Assembly (NCBI GenBank): GCA_026129095.1
Contig: JAHCIT010000002.1
Span: 386,530 to 450,529, forward strand
Origin: Deltaproteobacteria bacterium
Lineage (GTDB): Bacteria > JAGRBM01 > JAHCIT01
Direction: 5' to 3'
DNA: 64,000 nucleotides
Shown here: piece by piece, positions 49,217 through 58,896 of the stretch
Numbering within the stretch: position 1 is the stretch's first letter
Layout: the number at the start of each line of letters is the position of its first letter
Translations under genes and position numbers: made by a program
Notes under the pieces: generated by a model
Seen by the model: the letters and a program-made list of their open reading frames with translations, nothing else
Database searches by the model: none
What the model was told of the DNA's origin: nothing

Positions 49217-49394
49217 GATGGCAGTTCTCCCTTTTCCGGCGTGGCGGGAACCGCCACAGCCAATGAATGAGCATTCATTCAGTAGCACTGCGCCGCGTCA
49301 TCGGCAACAGGGTGGACGGCAGGCTGCGTGTCTCCGGCCCTGCCCCGTGTTATGAGAGTGCACCCGCCCGGCGGGTATAATTTGAGGAGTTTCG

Positions 49395-50876
49395 ATGCCT
49401 GTGCGGATCCTCCAGAAGAGCATGAACGATATCGCGGCAGCCGGGGCGCTGGTCGTGCCGGTCTACCGGACCGGCAGCAGCCATCTGTACAGTCGTGTCC
49501 CCAAAGCGGTAATGGAACTTATCGACCGGCTCCGGGCGGCATCCGGTATCGACGGTGAGATCGGATCCGTTGCGGCCGTGAGCTGCGAAAGCAGGCTGCT
49601 TCCACCCCTTGTTGTTTTTACCGGAATCGCCTCACGGGCAGAAGCGGGAAACGCCGACCTGACAGATTCCTATGCTGCCGGCGTACGAAAGGCGGCCCTG
49701 GGCGACTGCCCCTCGGTGGCACTGCTTGCCGGGAATCTTTCCGGAAGCCGCGAAGCGGCGATTACCGGCGCGGCAATGGGATCTCTTTATTTCTCGCGCA
49801 AGCAGAAACCCCGCCGCCAGAAGCTCCGCGAGGCCATCATTGTGAGCGGGGACGAACCGCTTCCCGCCGCCGACCTGAAGAAGTTTGCCGCCATGGCAAC
49901 AGCCCACGCCCGGGCCTTTGAACTGGTGAATAGCGATGGCGCCAGTGTGACGCCCGAACGGCTCGCAGAAGAAGCCCGTGGGCTGGCCAGAAATCCCCAC
50001 ATCAGCGCGACCATCTGGGATCACCGTGAAATCGTGAAGCGGGGCATGGGCCTGCTGGCCGCCGTGGGCCGCTCATCGGCGAATAGGCCAAAGTTCATTC
50101 ATCTCGAATATTCACCTGGCAAGGCCGCCAGCGGTCATCTGGCGGTCGTCGGCAAGGGAATCACGTTCGATACGGGTGGCATCGACCTGAAACGCTACCC
50201 GGGCCTCCCGACGATGAAAGGCGACATGGGCGGGGCTGCGGCCGTTCTGGGGCTTTTCCACGCCCTGCCAGATCTAGCACCACCCATGCGGATAAGCGGA
50301 CTCATTCCGGCGGCCGAGAACAGCTTTGGCGGCAACTCGTACAAACCGGGGGATGTCTATAAATCGATGAGCGGACGCCATGTGGAGGTGGGTGATACCG
50401 ATGCCGAAGGACGTCTCGTACTGGCGGATGCCATTCACTATGCCACCACCCTGAAACCCGATGCCATCGTGGATCTCGCCACGCTTACCGGTTCCTGCGT
50501 CGTGGGACTTGGCGAAGACTACGCGGGGCTCTTTTCCACTTCCGACCGGCTTGCAGGTGACATTCTCGATGCCGGCAGCCGGGCGTTCGAGCGGTTCTGG
50601 CAAATGCCGCTTCCCGCCGGATACCGCCGGCACATCCTGTCTCCGATAGCCGATCTCAAGAATGTCGCCTCTACACGCTATGGTGATGCCATCATGGCGG
50701 CGCTCTTTCTCAGGGAGTTCACTGGCGGACTCCCCTGGGCCCATCTCGATATTGCCGGGCCCTCCTGGTACGACGACGACCAGCCGGGCTATCCCGGCAT
50801 GGGGACCGGGTTCGGTGTACGGACACTGTGCCGGCTGGTGGAACCCGCGAACTGGCGGAGAGGCCGGTTCCTGTAA
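49395..50876 (+). CDS. pepA: leucyl aminopeptidase (M17)
   Basis: NTDAEGRL (VGDTDAEGRLVLADA) and GKGITFDTGG M17 catalytic motifs. GAGGAG SD. Confidence 0.85.
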   Translation: MPVRILQKSMNDIAAAGALVVPVYRTGSSHLYSRVPKAVMELIDRLRAASGIDGEIGSVAAVSCESRLLPPLVVFTGIASRAEAGNADLTDSYAAGVRKAALGDCPSVALLAGNLSGSREAAITGAAMGSLYFSRKQKPRRQKLREAIIVSGDEPLPAADLKKFAAMATAHARAFELVNSDGASVTPERLAEEARGLARNPHISATIWDHREIVKRGMGLLAAVGRSSANRPKFIHLEYSPGKAASGHLAVVGKGITFDTGGIDLKRYPGLPTMKGDMGGAAAVLGLFHALPDLAPPMRISGLIPAAENSFGGNSYKPGDVYKSMSGRHVEVGDTDAEGRLVLADAIHYATTLKPDAIVDLATLTGSCVVGLGEDYAGLFSTSDRLAGDILDAGSRAFERFWQMPLPAGYRRHILSPIADLKNVASTRYGDAIMAALFLREFTGGLPWAHLDIAGPSWYDDDQPGYPGMGTGFGVRTLCRLVEPANWRRGRFL

Positions 50877-51054
50877 AAACACCGTAATAACGACAGGTTG
50901 AAGGGATTTCTGACCCCGATCAGCCTTGCCGCGTTTCGTTCGGGCTATATCTCGACAAGCCGCTGAAAAGCGGTTAACGAAATCTGCCGCTCGGGAACGG
51001 ATGTTCCGGTATCCCGGCCGGACGTTTCATTTTCCTAAGGAGCATACCGATCAC

Positions 51055-52125
51055 ATGTCGAAGCCTACCGTCATCCACGTTGTCGGCACCGGAACCATTG
51101 GCGAGCCCCTTATTGGAATTCTCTCCCGTTTCCGCAAGGAGCTGGGAATCGACGATGTGACCTTCCACAAGCGCACCCCGCTTACCACCGACCGGTCGAA
51201 GGTGACGCAGCTGATCTCCAAGGGAGCGAGGCTTGCCGTGGACAAGGATCGCAAGGCTGATTTCGAAAAGCTCGGCATGAAGCCGGACCTTGAAGCTATT
51301 GAGGCGCTCGAACGGGCCACCGTGGTGATCGACTGCACGCCCATCGGCAACGAGATGAAGGAAAAGGTCTATTCAAAACTGAATGGCAACATCAAGGGCT
51401 TCATCGCGCAGGGCTCGGAATTCGGGTTCGGGCGCATGTATGCCAGGGGGATCAATGACGAGGCGCTTCGTCCGGGGGAGGACAAGTTTGTCCAGGTGGT
51501 TTCCTGCAATACGCACAATATTTCCGTGCTGGTGAAAACCCTTGGCATGAAGGGCGGGGCCGATCCGGGCAATCTTCTCGAAGGCCGGTTTCTCTGCATC
51601 CGGCGGGCTTCCGACATCTCGCAGGACGATGACTTCGTGCCCTCTCCCATGCCGGACAAGCACAAGGACGAGGCCTTCGGGACACACCATGCCCACGATG
51701 CTTTCCATCTGTTTGAAACGCTGAACCTGAAGCCCAAGCTCTATTCAAGCGCGCTGAAGCTTAACAGCCAGTACATGCACACGCTCCATTTCTCCATCCG
51801 GACGAAGGAGAAGGTTTCCAAGGCAGGCGTGGTTGACCGGCTGAAGAGTCACCCGCTCATCGCCCTGACGGACAAGCGCTCAACCAATACCGTTTTCAGT
51901 TTCGGCCGTGACCACGGCATTTTCGGCCGTATCCTGTCGCAGACGGTCATCTCCGCCCCCACTCTCGCCATCAAGGACGAGACCGAAGTGGTCGGCTTCT
52001 GCTTTACCCCCCAGGACGGCAACTCGCTCCTGTCGTCGATATCGGCAGCCATGTGGTTCATCGACCCCAAGACCTACGAGAAAAAACTCGACTGCCTGAC
52101 GCCATACTTCTTCAGGGAAGTTTAG
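51055..52125 (+). CDS. glyceraldehyde-3-phosphate dehydrogenase-like, type II (archaeal-type) NAD(P)-dependent dehydrogenase
   Basis: N-terminal Rossmann VIHVVGTGTIG and catalytic-Cys context VVSCNTHN resembling type II GAPDH (SCNTT). Start ATG 51055 (AAGGAG SD); the track ORF N-extension is not supported. Confidence 0.55.
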   Translation: MSKPTVIHVVGTGTIGEPLIGILSRFRKELGIDDVTFHKRTPLTTDRSKVTQLISKGARLAVDKDRKADFEKLGMKPDLEAIEALERATVVIDCTPIGNEMKEKVYSKLNGNIKGFIAQGSEFGFGRMYARGINDEALRPGEDKFVQVVSCNTHNISVLVKTLGMKGGADPGNLLEGRFLCIRRASDISQDDDFVPSPMPDKHKDEAFGTHHAHDAFHLFETLNLKPKLYSSALKLNSQYMHTLHFSIRTKEKVSKAGVVDRLKSHPLIALTDKRSTNTVFSFGRDHGIFGRILSQTVISAPTLAIKDETEVVGFCFTPQDGNSLLSSISAAMWFIDPKTYEKKLDCLTPYFFREV

Positions 52126-52163
52126 TTCCGCCTACGCGATCCCAGGGACAAGAGGTACCTGTT

Positions 52164-52580
52164 ATGCCGATCCGTGAAGTCCCGCCCGCCGAGGCTCGCC
52201 GCCTGATGAGTGACGAGGGTTATGTTTATCTGGATGTCCGTACGATGGACGAATTCACGGCGGGCCACCCCGAAGGGGCCTGGAACGCACCGGTGATGGA
52301 GCCGGGACGGATGGGTATGCAGCCCAACCCCGATTTCGTCAGGGCAGTCGCGGCGAAGTTCCCCAGGAATACCAAACTTGTCGTCGGCTGCATGGCCGGT
52401 GGACGTAGCATGCGTGCCTGCCAGATTCTGGAAGGCGAGGGTTACGAGACACTTGTCAACGTGCGCGGCGGCTTCGGCGGTGCCCGCGACGGAATGGGGC
52501 GGGTGATAGAAAAAGGCTGGCAGGAGGCCGGCCTGCCGGTCTCCACCGGTGCTCTGCCCGAGCGGCTACTGAAGCCATAA
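52164..52580 (+). CDS. rhodanese-domain sulfurtransferase
   Basis: YVYLDVRTMDEF...CMAGGRSMRA (active-site Cys loop CxxGxR). Confidence 0.8.
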   Translation: MPIREVPPAEARRLMSDEGYVYLDVRTMDEFTAGHPEGAWNAPVMEPGRMGMQPNPDFVRAVAAKFPRNTKLVVGCMAGGRSMRACQILEGEGYETLVNVRGGFGGARDGMGRVIEKGWQEAGLPVSTGALPERLLKP

Positions 52581-52660
52581 CGGTGCGGCTGTTCCAACTA
52601 ACTCACTGTAGTTTCAAGCAGTTTTGAAAGTTCCCGGCACGGGTATTCTATTAAATTTTC

Positions 52661-52725
52661 TTGACGCAACACGATAAGGCGTTCACCATTTTGTCATCAG
52701 ATTGACGCTGGCGTCATTGTCAGAA
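52661..52725 (+). promoter_or_regulatory. putative operator: repeated TTGACGC boxes and TGACGC-tg-GCGTCA inverted repeat upstream of the diiron protein gene
   Basis: TTGACGC at 52661 and 52702 (41 nt apart, ~4 helical turns). A 6-bp inverted repeat TGACGC/GCGTCA (52703-52716) and repeated GTCAT(C/T)(A/G)(G/T)TCAG elements. Confidence 0.3.
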
Positions 52726-52740
52726 GGAGCCCCGGTTTCC

Positions 52741-53763
52741 ATGCAGCAGGAGTTCAATGTCAAACCTCATCCCACTGACTTCAATCCCTACATATTCGCC
52801 AATCTGGGCAACCTGAAAAAATATCCCGAACTGGAGCGTTTGTACGAGAGCACGCTGCGGAAGTGCTGGGATGACAAGCAGGTATTTGACGATCTGGTGG
52901 CAAAGCATGGTCCCTGCCAGCTTCCCGAGGAAAAACGGCTCGCCCTCGCCCGCATTTTTTCCATCATCTACTACGGCGAGGTGGTTGCCATGCTGGTGGC
53001 AAGCCAGGTGGTCGATATCGCCCCAGACCTTGCGGCCAAATTCGCTGCCGCTGGACAGACGATCGACGAAGCCCGCCATGTATCGGTGATGGGACGGTAC
53101 CTGAACTATCTCGGAGTGGAGCTTCCAGACATCAACCCCTTCGCCCGTGCCATACTGGAAGACGTCCGCCACTCGAAGGAAATCCACATCAAGCTCGCCG
53201 GAATGCAGGTGTTCGTCGAGAATATCGCCTTCAACCTGTTCAACGAGGTTGCCAGGACAAAATGCGATCCGGTACTGACCGAAGTGCTCGACTACGTGAA
53301 ACTGGATGAGGCGCGGCACGTGGGTCTCGGAAAGAACTACCTTCCCCAGTACCTCGAAAACCTCACCGCCCGCGATGCCGCAGGTTTCGCTTTCAGCCAG
53401 TTCCGTTGGCTCGCCGGCATCTTCTTCGCCATCCAGATGATGAAGGAAGACGCACGGGTGATCGGGATCGATATCAACAAGGCGGTGAAAAAGGGAATGC
53501 GCGACCAGCTCGATATCGCCAAGGGCATGGGCCGCTGGAAACTCCGCCGGGGTTTCGTGATGTTCCCGAACTCCTGGAACGACTATCTGATCGACACGTT
53601 CTTTCCGCAATCGGACGACCCGCGCCGCTGGCGGCAGCTTCTCGGCAGTCAGGCTGAAAAGTGGTCGTCGGTCTTCGGGGATTTCTATATCCGGTTCTTC
53701 GCACCCCGCGACAGGAATCCCGGCGGCATGGCCTGGTCAGCCCGCAAGCTGGCGCAGGCCTGA
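52741..53763 (+). CDS. ferritin-like diiron-carboxylate protein (putative oxygenase/oxidase)
   Basis: Two E…DEARH motifs (IDEARHVS, LDEARHVG) spaced ~100 aa apart, as in diiron carboxylate enzymes. AAGGAG SD before ATG 52741. Confidence 0.55.
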   Translation: MQQEFNVKPHPTDFNPYIFANLGNLKKYPELERLYESTLRKCWDDKQVFDDLVAKHGPCQLPEEKRLALARIFSIIYYGEVVAMLVASQVVDIAPDLAAKFAAAGQTIDEARHVSVMGRYLNYLGVELPDINPFARAILEDVRHSKEIHIKLAGMQVFVENIAFNLFNEVARTKCDPVLTEVLDYVKLDEARHVGLGKNYLPQYLENLTARDAAGFAFSQFRWLAGIFFAIQMMKEDARVIGIDINKAVKKGMRDQLDIAKGMGRWKLRRGFVMFPNSWNDYLIDTFFPQSDDPRRWRQLLGSQAEKWSSVFGDFYIRFFAPRDRNPGGMAWSARKLAQA

Positions 53764-53770
53764 GAAGCTT

Positions 53771-54520
53771 TCAGTATACCCCGCTGTCGCCGTGCCGCGT
53801 GCGCTCGCGCCATGCGACGCGGGTGACATGCGCGGCAATAGCTGCGGGCAGAAGAAATCCCAGATACTGATACCAGATAAACAGCAGCGCTCCCGCCACC
53901 GAACCCAGAACGAAAGCGACCGTCGAGGCGATCCGGACGAGCTGGACACGCAGGCGGCGTTCGCGGCTCGCTGCGTCCACCTGGGGAGTGTAGTAATACT
54001 TCACCAGTCCGATCCCCAGATCCGTGGCGATGCCGGTAAGATGGGTGCTCCGCATGGTTCCGCGTGATGCCGACGTAATGGCAGCGTTCTGGAGCCCGCT
54101 CGCTCCGCACAGGACAACCAGAAACAGGAAATCGGTCCGGACCTGGGCAACCTCGCCAAATGCACCAAACCAGTCGAAGTAGCCACCCACTGCCACCATC
54201 ACCATGCACAGGGTGACAAGTCCCATTACGGCATCGTACCTGGGCTCCTGGCCCTGCTGGCTGCGCCGTTCCACAAGCAGGGCCGACCCCATCGCGCCGG
54301 CCACAAAAAACACCGGCACGGTCAGGATGCCGAACGCCTCGACGTATTTTTTCTCGACCAGATCGATACCGAAGTGGGTGGCAAAGCCGGTAATATGTGT
54401 GACGAACCGGTGACAGGCCAGAAAGCCGCCTGCATTCACACTCCCCGAAAGGAACGCCAGCAGGCTCCAGTTAAAGGCAGTCCAGAGCGGTATTTCATCT
54501 TTGATCGTGTGCCGGTACAT
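53771..54520 (-). CDS. YoaK/DUF1275 family membrane protein
   Basis: Six TM helices with GGF(L/T) and glycine-rich pattern typical of DUF1275; 249 aa. Confidence 0.65.
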   Translation of the reverse strand: MYRHTIKDEIPLWTAFNWSLLAFLSGSVNAGGFLACHRFVTHITGFATHFGIDLVEKKYVEAFGILTVPVFFVAGAMGSALLVERRSQQGQEPRYDAVMGLVTLCMVMVAVGGYFDWFGAFGEVAQVRTDFLFLVVLCGASGLQNAAITSASRGTMRSTHLTGIATDLGIGLVKYYYTPQVDAASRERRLRVQLVRIASTVAFVLGSVAGALLFIWYQYLGFLLPAAIAAHVTRVAWRERTRHGDSGVY

Positions 54521-54642
54521 ATTTCGCCGCGGCTAAAGCCCCGGTCACTATGGGCCGGAAACGCACCGGACAGTCAAGAACAGGGAGTCCGCAAGGCACT
54601 GTTGACCCGCCCCGCAACCCGCAGTCACGCTCGGCGGCGGTT

Positions 54643-55713
54643 ATGCCCGTCAGACGGAAACACTCCAGGCCTGCTGCCGCCGGACGCCAGATCCGTTCCC
54701 GCAAGGAACTGCATATCGAGATCTGCGCCGGGGACGATTCAGTGCAAAGTCCTGTCCCCAATGGACTGGAACGTTACCGGTTTTCCCACGAAGCAGTCCC
54801 GGAAGTGGATCTGACCAATGTGGATACCTCGACCCGCCTGTTCCGGAAGACGCTCCAGGCACCACTGATGATTTCTCCCATGACAGGCGGCACTCCGCTG
54901 GCCCACCGGATCAACCTGAACCTTGCCGAAGCCGCCGAAGAGACGGGAATCGCCATGGGCGTCGGTTCCCAGAGGTCGGGGATTGTCAACCCGGAACTCG
55001 CCTACACCTACCAGGTCCGCAAGGCTGCTCCATCCATCTTCCTGTTCGCCAACCTCGGGGCAGTACAGCTCAATTACGGTTTCGGCGCCGATGAGTGCCG
55101 CAGGGCGGTCGAAATGATCGAGGCGGATGCGCTTTTCCTGCACCTCAACCCCCTCCAGGAGGCACTACAGGAAGGCGGCGACACGAACTTTGCGGGACTT
55201 CTGGAAAAGATAGAGAAGGTCTGCCGTTCCCTTTCCGTACCGGTGTTTGCCCGCGAGGTGTCATCGGGAATCTCCGAGCGGTCGGCGCGACGGCTGATCA
55301 GCGCAGGTATTGCGGGTCTCGACACCGGCGGCCTTGGCGGAACGAACTGGGCACTGGTCGAGGGTGCGGCAAACCCCGAAAACCGCAATATCGCCAGGCT
55401 GTTCGGCGACTGGGGACACGATGTTGCTTCCAGTCTTATCAACGTCCGGAACGTGAATCGCCGGATTCCGCTGATCGCGAGCGGGGGCCTTAGAAACGGC
55501 CGCGAAGCGGCTACGGCCATCGGCCTCGGCGCGACGCTCGCCAGTACCGGCGGCGGACTACTGAACGCCGCCCGGAAATCGTCCAAGACCGTCAGCCACC
55601 AGATCGGACAGATCATACGTGAGCTTCGAGTCGCCCTGTTTTGTGCCGGTTTCGCCAGCGCGAATGAGGCGCGTGGTGCCCTGCTCAGTAAATCCTCAAG
55701 CGCCATGGCATGA
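54643..55713 (+). CDS. fni: isopentenyl-diphosphate delta-isomerase, type 2 (FMN-dependent)
   Basis: N-terminal RKELHIEIC (RKxxHI), substrate motif SPMTGG, GxGSQR and ASGGLRNG FMN-binding motifs. Confidence 0.85.
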   Translation: MPVRRKHSRPAAAGRQIRSRKELHIEICAGDDSVQSPVPNGLERYRFSHEAVPEVDLTNVDTSTRLFRKTLQAPLMISPMTGGTPLAHRINLNLAEAAEETGIAMGVGSQRSGIVNPELAYTYQVRKAAPSIFLFANLGAVQLNYGFGADECRRAVEMIEADALFLHLNPLQEALQEGGDTNFAGLLEKIEKVCRSLSVPVFAREVSSGISERSARRLISAGIAGLDTGGLGGTNWALVEGAANPENRNIARLFGDWGHDVASSLINVRNVNRRIPLIASGGLRNGREAATAIGLGATLASTGGGLLNAARKSSKTVSHQIGQIIRELRVALFCAGFASANEARGALLSKSSSAMA

Positions 55714-57400
55714 GCGCGAGCAGCCGGTCGTGTGCCAGCGAGTTCCAGATTTTCAGTTCCGGCAGCAGCCCGGCCACGGGTTCGTCCGGGAACTCCACGG
55801 CAAGCCGGAGGGGAAGGCGCGGACGCCGCTGGAACCGGCTGAAAATCCGGATTGCGCCCTCGGGGAGTCCCGCCAGTGTGCGGGCGGTGTTTAGCGCGGC
55901 TCTCAGCCCTCCAACCTCGTCCACAAGCCCTCGCTCCCTGGCCTGTGCTCCAGTCCAGACGCGCCCCTGTGCAACCTCGTGAATCTCTTCAAAAGTCCTG
56001 CCACGGGCTTCAGCCACCTTGCCCACAAAATCGCGGTAAAATTCGTCGATGTCGCGCTCGGTTCGGGCCAGCTGCTCCGGTGTCCAGGGCGTATGGGCGG
56101 AGAAGTAGTTCGAGCTAGTCCCGTGTCCCACATGGGCGTGGCCCAGACCCAGTTTTTCGTACAAGCCAGCCAGTGCGATCTTTCCCGCTATGACACCGAT
56201 AGAGCCGGTAATGGTCCCGGCGCCAGCGTAGATGCGGAATTTTCTGTTCGCCGCGACATAGTAACCACCTGAAGCCGCCACATCGCCCATGCTTATGACT
56301 ACCGGAATTTCCAGCCGGGAAAGCGCCGCCAGCATCACGTCCGATGCAAGGCCACTGCCGCCGGGGCTGTTCACCCGGAGTACCAGCGCCTTGATCCGCC
56401 TGTTTTTCCTGATGGCCTCGACCGCGCGAACTACCGATTTTGAACCGGTGGAACGCGCCTCGCGGGCATCGCGGATCCCTTCTCCGGAGGTAATCGTCCC
56501 TTCAATATGAAGAAGTGCCACGCCATCGGAACTCCTGATCTCCTGACGGGCCCGAAGCGCAGCAAGCCTGAGATACTGGCCATAGCCCGCGCCTTTGATT
56601 TCGTTCCCTTGCCCTGTCGTGATGGTGTCTGTGGTGGCCAGTTCCAGCCGGATCCGTTCGCGTTCGTCCGGCGCATGCCCCAGGGCATCCACCAGCCGCA
56701 TTTCCAGGGCCCGGCTGGCGGTATAGGGACCGTCACCGAGAATACGTAACGCCACTTCGGTACTCAGTCCGCGCCGGAGCGCGACCGCCGTTGCCAACTG
56801 CCTGAACAGGTCACCAAGCAGCTCATCCAGCATTTTCCGGTGTGGAGCGCTGATGGATTTTTCCGTCAGCAGTTCGGATGCGCTCTTGTAATCGCCCCGG
56901 TGCAGGAGCTGGGGCTCTATGCCGAACTTGTCGAGCAGCCCTCTAAAGAAAGTTACATCCGCTCCCGTCCCGGCTATCGAAAGCCCGCCCTGTGGAGCCA
57001 GCACAATCCGGTCAGCTTCGCAGGCGAGCCTGTATTCCTTCAGCCCCAGATGTTCGGCGACAACGACGATCCGCTTGCCCGCCTCCCGGACTTCGGAAAT
57101 AGCGACTGCAATCTCTTCGATCCGTGCAAATCCGCATTCGAGAGTACCAATGCTGATCAGCACGGCCCGCAGGTTCTCATCCCGGGCGGCGGCGCGAAGA
57201 ACGGTCAGCAGATCCAGCAGGGATACCTCGGTCTGCCTGCGCCCCATGAGGTAGCCGAGAAGATCGAAACCATCGCCCGATTCCGGCAAGGAACCCCTTA
57301 TCTCGATTTCCAGCCAGGGGAATCGCAACCGGCGTCCGATCAGCCTGTAAACAAGCGAACGCCAGAGACCTGCCAAGGAGAGAATAAGCCTGCGCACCAT
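55685..57400 (-). CDS. sppA: signal peptide peptidase SppA (67K type, tandem S49 domains)
   Basis: Two S49 domains with catalytic Ser contexts (…SMGDVAASGGYY…, …TGSIGV…). N-terminal TM anchor. Confidence 0.85.
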   Translation of the reverse strand: MVRRLILSLAGLWRSLVYRLIGRRLRFPWLEIEIRGSLPESGDGFDLLGYLMGRRQTEVSLLDLLTVLRAAARDENLRAVLISIGTLECGFARIEEIAVAISEVREAGKRIVVVAEHLGLKEYRLACEADRIVLAPQGGLSIAGTGADVTFFRGLLDKFGIEPQLLHRGDYKSASELLTEKSISAPHRKMLDELLGDLFRQLATAVALRRGLSTEVALRILGDGPYTASRALEMRLVDALGHAPDERERIRLELATTDTITTGQGNEIKGAGYGQYLRLAALRARQEIRSSDGVALLHIEGTITSGEGIRDAREARSTGSKSVVRAVEAIRKNRRIKALVLRVNSPGGSGLASDVMLAALSRLEIPVVISMGDVAASGGYYVAANRKFRIYAGAGTITGSIGVIAGKIALAGLYEKLGLGHAHVGHGTSSNYFSAHTPWTPEQLARTERDIDEFYRDFVGKVAEARGRTFEEIHEVAQGRVWTGAQARERGLVDEVGGLRAALNTARTLAGLPEGAIRIFSRFQRRPRLPLRLAVEFPDEPVAGLLPELKIWNSLAHDRLLALMPWRLRIY

Positions 57401-57449
57401 GACCGGATCATGCCGCCTGCAACAGGCGACGGCAATCCGGAGAAATGCT

Positions 57450-58841
57450 TTAATTTATGCGACTGATGGTATTGCGGATACGCGCCAAAGATTCGTCCCG
57501 GCCAAGGACATCCAGAACGTCAAAAATAGGCGGGGAAACGTTCGATCCGGTAAGCGACACGCGGAGCGCCATCGCCACATCCTTAAGCTTCAGGCCGCTG
57601 GTTTCGACCCAGGTCTTCGCTGCCGCTTCCAGATCTGCGGCGGCAAATGACGGCTGTGCAGCAAGAAATTCCAGCAGCTTTTCGAGCAACGCCTTTGTTT
57701 CTGCCGTGAGCAGCTTCTGGGCCTTGTCAGTAAATGTAGCCGGACGCTCGAATGCCCAGACGTTGATATCAACCATCTCGGCCAGCGACTTCACCCGTTC
57801 CCGGGAAGCGCGAACCAGGTGGACAACCACCTTGCGCTCCGGTGGCCGGAATCCCCGCCGTTCGACCGCAGGCGAGAAAAGCTCGATAATCCGTTCCTCA
57901 GGCAGCGAACGCAGATAGTGGCCGTTCAGCCACTGGAGTTTCTCCGGGTTGAAAATACCCGCCGACCGGCCAATGCCGCCAAAATCAAAATGCCCGATCA
58001 TCTCGTCACGGGAAAGGATTTCCAGATCGCCCTTGGCCCAGCCAATCCGGACAAGGAAGTTGAGGAGTGCTTCGGGCAGGATCCCCTGATCCCGGTATTC
58101 GAGCGTCGAAACCGCACCGTCACGCTTGCTGAGCTTTCCCTCCTTGCCGTGAATGAGCGGCACATGACCGAAACGGGGTGGCTCTGCGCCAAGTGCCTGG
58201 TAAATATGGACCTGCCGGAACGTATTGGTGAGGTGATCCTCGCCACGAAGGATATGGGTGATTTTCATCTCCACGTCGTCAATCACATTGGCAAGCTGGA
58301 ATGTCGCCACGCTGTCGCCGCGCATGAGAACAAGGTCGTCCAGTTCCTTCGCACTTACGGTGACGCTGCCGCGTACCAGGTCGTCCAGCGTGAACTCACC
58401 CTCCAGCGGACTCTTGAGCCGCACAACGAACGGCTTGTCCGTGCTGGCCGGAATGTTCTTTTCCCGGCAGGTGCCGTCATAACGCCAGGGCCGTTTCAGG
58501 CGAATCGCCAGCTCCCGTTTTTCGCCGATCTCTTCCGGTGTGCAGATGCAACGGTAGGCGGCACCTTTCTCTATCAGTGAGCGGGCCTTTTCACGGTACA
58601 GATCGAACCTCTCCGACTGCCGGTACTCCTCGTCCCAGTGCAGTCCCAGCCATTCGAGCGAGTGGCGGATATCGTCCTCGAACTCCCTTTTGGACCGCTC
58701 CAGGTCCGTATCCTCGATCCGGAGAATGAACTTGCCGCCGTAGTGACGGGCGATGAGCCAGTTGAACAGCGCCGTACGGGCTCCACCGATATGGAGAGTG
58801 CCTGTGGGAGAGGGGGCAAAGCGGGTACGGACATTCGTCAT
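57450..58841 (-). CDS. gltX: glutamate--tRNA ligase
   Basis: HIGG (PSPTGTLHIGGARTALFN) and KLSKR (KMSKS-type) class I motifs. Start ATG 58841 with GGGAAGGG SD. Confidence 0.9.
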   Translation of the reverse strand: MTNVRTRFAPSPTGTLHIGGARTALFNWLIARHYGGKFILRIEDTDLERSKREFEDDIRHSLEWLGLHWDEEYRQSERFDLYREKARSLIEKGAAYRCICTPEEIGEKRELAIRLKRPWRYDGTCREKNIPASTDKPFVVRLKSPLEGEFTLDDLVRGSVTVSAKELDDLVLMRGDSVATFQLANVIDDVEMKITHILRGEDHLTNTFRQVHIYQALGAEPPRFGHVPLIHGKEGKLSKRDGAVSTLEYRDQGILPEALLNFLVRIGWAKGDLEILSRDEMIGHFDFGGIGRSAGIFNPEKLQWLNGHYLRSLPEERIIELFSPAVERRGFRPPERKVVVHLVRASRERVKSLAEMVDINVWAFERPATFTDKAQKLLTAETKALLEKLLEFLAAQPSFAAADLEAAAKTWVETSGLKLKDVAMALRVSLTGSNVSPPIFDVLDVLGRDESLARIRNTISRIN

Positions 58842-58896
58842 AGGGCCCTTCCCGTAACCGTTTGGAGGGGTGCGGGCAAGCGTATAGATTCCTCTC

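Noticed and set aside
50877-50960. Small hairpin CCGCT-gaaa-AGCGG after pepA
   Set aside because: Only a 5-bp stem and no U-run; not convincing as a terminator.
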